Below, piece after piece: positions 60,732-64,000 of a stretch of DNA of 64,000 nt. Numbering within the stretch: the first letter of the stretch is position 1; each line of letters starts with the position of its first letter. A program made the translations under genes and the position numbers. Source of the DNA: Nitrospirales bacterium (lineage in GTDB: Bacteria > Nitrospirota > Nitrospiria > Nitrospirales > UBA8639); the NCBI GenBank assembly GCA_965223635.1, contig OZ245007.1, forward strand, positions 386,935 through 450,934. Reading direction: 5' to 3'. The notes under the pieces are model-generated. The model was not told the origin of the DNA and ran no database searches. It worked only from the letters and a program-made list of their open reading frames with translations.

Positions 60732-62399
60732 TTATGGAATAGGTCGCGCATTGAACGCACAAGGCCGATAAGTGGGTTCTAAAGAGTTACAAATTCGGCC
60801 ATCAACTTTGGGCTGAATAGGCCCTTTATGGGCAACAAGGACTTTTTTAATCCGATTCTTTAATGATGGCTCAACGGACACCCATTTGAGGGACTTCAAC
60901 ATATCATAGCCATCTCCCCCTTCAATCAGAAATTTATTCGTGACCAGCTGTAAGGGACGATCTGGCAAGGACTGCAATTGTCCATTTTGGAATAGTTGCA
61001 CATTGTCAACTCGATGGCCTTCTGATTTTTGCGGATCATGTTTGAAAGCCAAACCACTCACTTGCAACCAATGCCCTTGCCCTACCCACTCTTTTGCCGC
61101 ATGCTCCAATATCGCATCCAATTGGTCTGCAGGCAGCTCAGCAACAACTAGCTCGCTGTCATACTGGAACAGTTCTTCTAATTGACGCCGCGTAATTGGA
61201 CCAACTGGAATGGTTTGATTCACCCGCAACGCACCGGAATTGAGAAAAGCAATATCAGTATGAGGGATGACCGCACGCATTTGGTCAGCCACCCAATTTC
61301 CCAGATTCGTTTCGTATCTCCGGATATCTAGTTCTTCACCATTCAGTGGAACAGCCGTCTGCCCCACGCTGTGCTGAAAACATCCATCTTTCTCATTATG
61401 CTTCGAACAATACCATGCTTCATGTTCAGCTAAGATCCGGTCCACCTTTTCCTGCATAAAAGGATCTGGGGCAAGGTCTCGGCTACTGAGGAAACGATAG
61501 CCAAAAGAAACAAATGGCTTCGCCCCAAGCATTCGTATACACACTACCGTTGCAGTCCGAGCATCGGCGTCTGCCTTCAAAATCCATCGTCCATCTACTT
61601 CAACATGGTGCCGCTGATGTTCGTGTCCTCCGATGATAAGATCTGGCCCTAACTCCCCTAATTCTTCAAGCATTTCTTTATCTTTTTCAAGAGGAAGATG
61701 GGTTAACGCGATCACCACTTCTGCCCCTTGTTCACGCAATTGCTCGGTCTGTTCCCGTGCCATTCCAACTGGATCAATAAATTCATTCACATAGGCAATT
61801 TCTTTTGCGGGCTTCTTATCAGTCGTCAGGCCAAATATTCCAATACGAATTCCTCCACTTTCAAGAATCCTTGAAGCATGCAACTTATCCGACGCAATCA
61901 ATGCGCTATCTTCTTTTTGCACAAACTGTATATTGGCGTTTAACCACTGAAACTCTGACTGGTCTATGCGCGCTTGAAGAAGATTAGCATCAGGCCAGGT
62001 TGTTTTTTCAAATTCATGATTGCCAAAACCCACAAACATGTGCGAATCGAAAACCCCTGGCGCACCATCCAGCGCATTCATTGCCTCAATCATATGTGCT
62101 CCATTATCCCATTCCGAAAGTAGCGAAGGAAATAAAAAATCCCCAGCATGAAGCAACAGAACATTTGAATTTTGTTGTTCAAGTTGACGGCGAAGTGTTC
62201 GAAGCAGACTAATTCCTCCTCGCTGCCCATTATCCAAGCCTTGAATACGGTACACATCATTTATAGCTACGATCACCATTTCACGGCTAGTTTGCCCGTG
62301 ACCCCAGGTCTGAAACGGAAACAGAAGACAGAGAAAAACCAACAAGATGAACAATACGAGTCTTTCACCTAATGTTCTGGCTATCAAACACATAAACAC
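60732..62399 (-). CDS. Secreted bifunctional metallophosphatase / 5'-nucleotidase (UshA-like)
   Basis: The protein has a signal peptide. The metallophosphoesterase motifs are NDVYR, HAGDFLFPS, GNHEF, LTHL and GGHEH. The C-terminal 5'-nucleotidase substrate domain has NLGNWVADQMR and FLIEGGDGY. Confidence 0.85.
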   Translation of the reverse strand: MFMCLIARTLGERLVLFILLVFLCLLFPFQTWGHGQTSREMVIVAINDVYRIQGLDNGQRGGISLLRTLRRQLEQQNSNVLLLHAGDFLFPSLLSEWDNGAHMIEAMNALDGAPGVFDSHMFVGFGNHEFEKTTWPDANLLQARIDQSEFQWLNANIQFVQKEDSALIASDKLHASRILESGGIRIGIFGLTTDKKPAKEIAYVNEFIDPVGMAREQTEQLREQGAEVVIALTHLPLEKDKEMLEELGELGPDLIIGGHEHQRHHVEVDGRWILKADADARTATVVCIRMLGAKPFVSFGYRFLSSRDLAPDPFMQEKVDRILAEHEAWYCSKHNEKDGCFQHSVGQTAVPLNGEELDIRRYETNLGNWVADQMRAVIPHTDIAFLNSGALRVNQTIPVGPITRRQLEELFQYDSELVVAELPADQLDAILEHAAKEWVGQGHWLQVSGLAFKHDPQKSEGHRVDNVQLFQNGQLQSLPDRPLQLVTNKFLIEGGDGYDMLKSLKWVSVEPSLKNRIKKVLVAHKGPIQPKVDGRICNSLEPTYRPCAFNARPIP

Positions 62400-62671
62400 C
62401 TATTCTCCATTTTTTTTAAATTCTAACAAACAGAATCCAATTATTCTGTTCCCTCGTGGAGCTATTGTTCCGCCGGGAATCATCTATTAGGAGTATCGCT
62501 AACAATTATGAGAAGCCACGAATCAAACAAAAAAAATGATTCTATCGGCTGAAACGAAAGGGCAACAACCAATCAAAAAACTATCTGATAAATGGTGCAA
62601 AACCCATTGTGGACCAAGAAAGAAAAGGCAGGTGAATCTGTAAGTAGCTAAGTTGATTGAAATGAGGAAAA

Positions 62672-62700
62672 TGGTGGAGGGCAAGGGAGAACCTTGGAAC
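62672..62700 (-). repeat. Degenerate copy of the 3' end of tRNA-Ala (att-like direct repeat)
   Basis: The plus strand at 62672-62689, TGGTGGAGGGCAAGGGAG, compares with TGGTGGAGGGCACGGGAG at 63490-63507, a 17/18 match in the same orientation. Similarity decays beyond that. Confidence 0.7.
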
Positions 62701-62782
62701 CATTTATTCCAGATTTTAGAGGAATGGAACAGCATTCTCCAAGGTGCCTCAGTCGATCTTAGTATATCCCTTTAAAAAACAC

Positions 62783-62811
62783 TTGAAATACGTACGGTTT
62801 TACCGTACATT
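62783..62811 (+). promoter_or_regulatory. Putative sigma-70 promoter with embedded operator palindrome for higBA
   Basis: TTGAAA (62783-62788) is followed by a 17-nt spacer and then TACATT (62806-62811). A perfect inverted repeat GTACGGT-TTT-ACCGTAC (62792-62808) sits in the spacer. The higB ATG is at 62820 with no SD, so the mRNA may be leaderless. Confidence 0.45.
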
Positions 62812-62819
62812 ATAAATAG

Positions 62820-63110
62820 ATGATCATTCGTTCCGTTCGCCACCGAGGCTTAAAGCGCCTCATTGAAGACAATCAGATCAAGGGCCTTCGGTCCGATTTG
62901 GTGAACAGGATACGAAATATTATCACAGCGCTCATCCTGGCTGATAATATGGTAGCGTTTCGCAACCCTGCTCAACCAGGATGGCGCGTTCATCAACTTT
63001 CGGGAGACCGCAAAGATACTTGGAGTGTTTCAACATCCGGTAACTGGCGGATCACCTTTATAGAAGAAGATGGATTTATCGATCTATTGGATTTGGAGGA
63101 TTATCACTGA
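62820..63110 (+). CDS. higB: HigB-type toxin (plasmid maintenance system killer protein, RelE/ParE superfamily)
   Basis: The sequence is RHRGLKRLIEDNQIKGL ... WRVHQLSGDRKDTWSVSTSGNWRITFIEEDGFIDLLDLEDYH, the classic HigB C-terminal signature. Confidence 0.85.
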   Translation: MIIRSVRHRGLKRLIEDNQIKGLRSDLVNRIRNIITALILADNMVAFRNPAQPGWRVHQLSGDRKDTWSVSTSGNWRITFIEEDGFIDLLDLEDYH

Positions 63111-63421
63111 TGAAGAAAAAACCAATTAAAGTTGGCATGAAGCCATCTCATCCAGGCGCGTTCATCAAAACAGAAATACTGGATGAACTTGGTCTCAGCA
63201 TCACCAAGGCAGCGGACGTTCTAGGTGTGCGCCGCGCCACTCTGTCTGACTTGCTGCACGAAAAATCTACACTCTCACCGGAAATGGCATTACGACTAGA
63301 AAAAGCATTTAGCCTCGATATGGATATGCTCTTGCGAATGCAAGCCTGGCATGATTCCAGTGAAATGCGCCAGCAGTCTAGAAAGATAAAAGTTGCGCCT
63401 TATGTGCATGCCGAAGCGTAG
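63110..63421 (+). CDS. higA: HigA-type antitoxin (XRE-family HTH)
   Basis: The sequence is HPGAFIKTEILDELGLSITKAADVLGVRRATLSDLLHEKSTLSPEMALRLEKAF. Its start overlaps the higB stop (TGATG). Confidence 0.85.
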   Translation: MKKKPIKVGMKPSHPGAFIKTEILDELGLSITKAADVLGVRRATLSDLLHEKSTLSPEMALRLEKAFSLDMDMLLRMQAWHDSSEMRQQSRKIKVAPYVHAEA

Positions 63422-63489
63422 ACGTTATTCTAAGAAAACGTCTTCCAAGAAGCATTTTGCTGCCATTAAAATAAGCATATTTACGTAGT

Positions 63490-63565
63490 TGGTGGAGGGC
63501 ACGGGAGTCGAACCCGCGACCTCAACGTTGCGAACGTTGCGCTCTCCCAACTGAGCTAGCCCCCC
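63490..63565 (-). tRNA. tRNA-Ala (anticodon CGC)
   Basis: The 76-nt cloverleaf is GGGGGGC-TA-GCTC..GAGC-G-CAACG-TTCGCAA-CGTTG-AGGTC-GCGGG-TTCGACT-CCCGT-GCCCTCC-A-CCA. It includes the G3:U70 alanine identity pair. Confidence 0.9.
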
Positions 63566-63729
63566 ACGCTTGAGAAGGTTGGGATCTGAAGTACCTCGTG
63601 TACCCTTGGAATTATAACGAAGCTTGTGCGATCGTGCTATCTATTTGGTCCTCTCAATTGCTTTTTCTTCTAATCAGTAATTCTACCTCCCCTCCCCCTC
63701 CATACAAAGGCTAACTACCCCAACTTACA

Positions 63730-64000
63730 TTATTGAAAGATTTTCACAGCTCGTCCTGTAACCTGAAGCCTTTTTTGGGCGAGCAATTGCAGTGCTTGGG
63801 GATAGAGTTGATGCTCTTGCTCTAAGATGCGAGCGGATAAGGTTTCCACCGTATCATCTTCATTAATCACAACTGCCTTTTGACAAATGATAGGCCCTTC
63901 ATCCACGCCCTCTGTGACAAAATGGACTGAGCAGCCACTGACTTTAGCCCCCCACTCCAACGCCTGTTTTTGAGCATTCAGCCCTGGAAATGCCGGGAGT
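63730..64000 (-). CDS. purN: Phosphoribosylglycinamide formyltransferase, C-terminal part (5' end beyond window)
   Basis: The sequence is PAFPGLNAQKQALEWGAKVSGCSVHFVTEGVDEGPIICQKAVVINEDDTVETLSARILEQEHQLYPQAL. The frame is open to the window edge. Confidence 0.85.
   Translation of the reverse strand, partial: LPAFPGLNAQKQALEWGAKVSGCSVHFVTEGVDEGPIICQKAVVINEDDTVETLSARILEQEHQLYPQALQLLAQKRLQVTGRAVKIFQ

Overview
This is a 64-kb chromosomal segment from a diderm (Gram-negative-type) bacterium of moderate to low GC; I cannot assign the taxon from sequence alone. About 50 protein genes and three tRNAs (Pro-UGG, Ser-UGA, Ala-CGC) are supported.

Layout from left to right:
- 1-2476: the 3' part of a DnaE2-like DNA polymerase III alpha gene.
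- 2.5-16.6 kb: an accessory-looking block, bounded by an IS1 remnant on the left and tRNA-Pro on the right. It holds an SGNH hydrolase, a TPR plus beta-barrel outer-membrane protein, an IS200-type element, a truncated YD-repeat lipoprotein, a 1000-aa secreted protein with CBM-like modules, and a GH17 / unknown / processive GT2 / GH17 operon. I read this block as a candidate synthase-dependent beta-1,3-glucan exopolysaccharide locus.
- 16.6-40 kb: housekeeping genes (rdgB, rph, serS, an epimerase, mtnA, an AsmA-like protein, HtrA, clpB) and a receiver-HD-GYP regulator with a hybrid kinase.
- 40.2-48.3 kb: a signalling operon of a 1562-aa CHASE3/HAMP/PAS/PAS/HAMP/GAF hybrid kinase, a second hybrid kinase and an orphan CheR. 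The large kinase carries a near-perfect 366-bp tandem duplication of one PAS module.
- 49-57.5 kb: a nitrogen block with two divergent half-size GlnE-like genes (one with an ACT-like N-terminus), then glnA, amtB, glnK and a porin.
- 58-62.4 kb: an MscS-family channel, an Rrf2 / DUF2061 x2 / DUF423 operon and a 5'-nucleotidase.
- 62.7-63.6 kb: a higBA cassette lying between a degenerate copy of the tRNA-Ala 3' end and the intact tRNA-Ala.
- 63730-64000: the 3' part of purN.

No CRISPR array or rRNA was seen. All family assignments rest on motifs read by eye in the supplied translations, with no database search.
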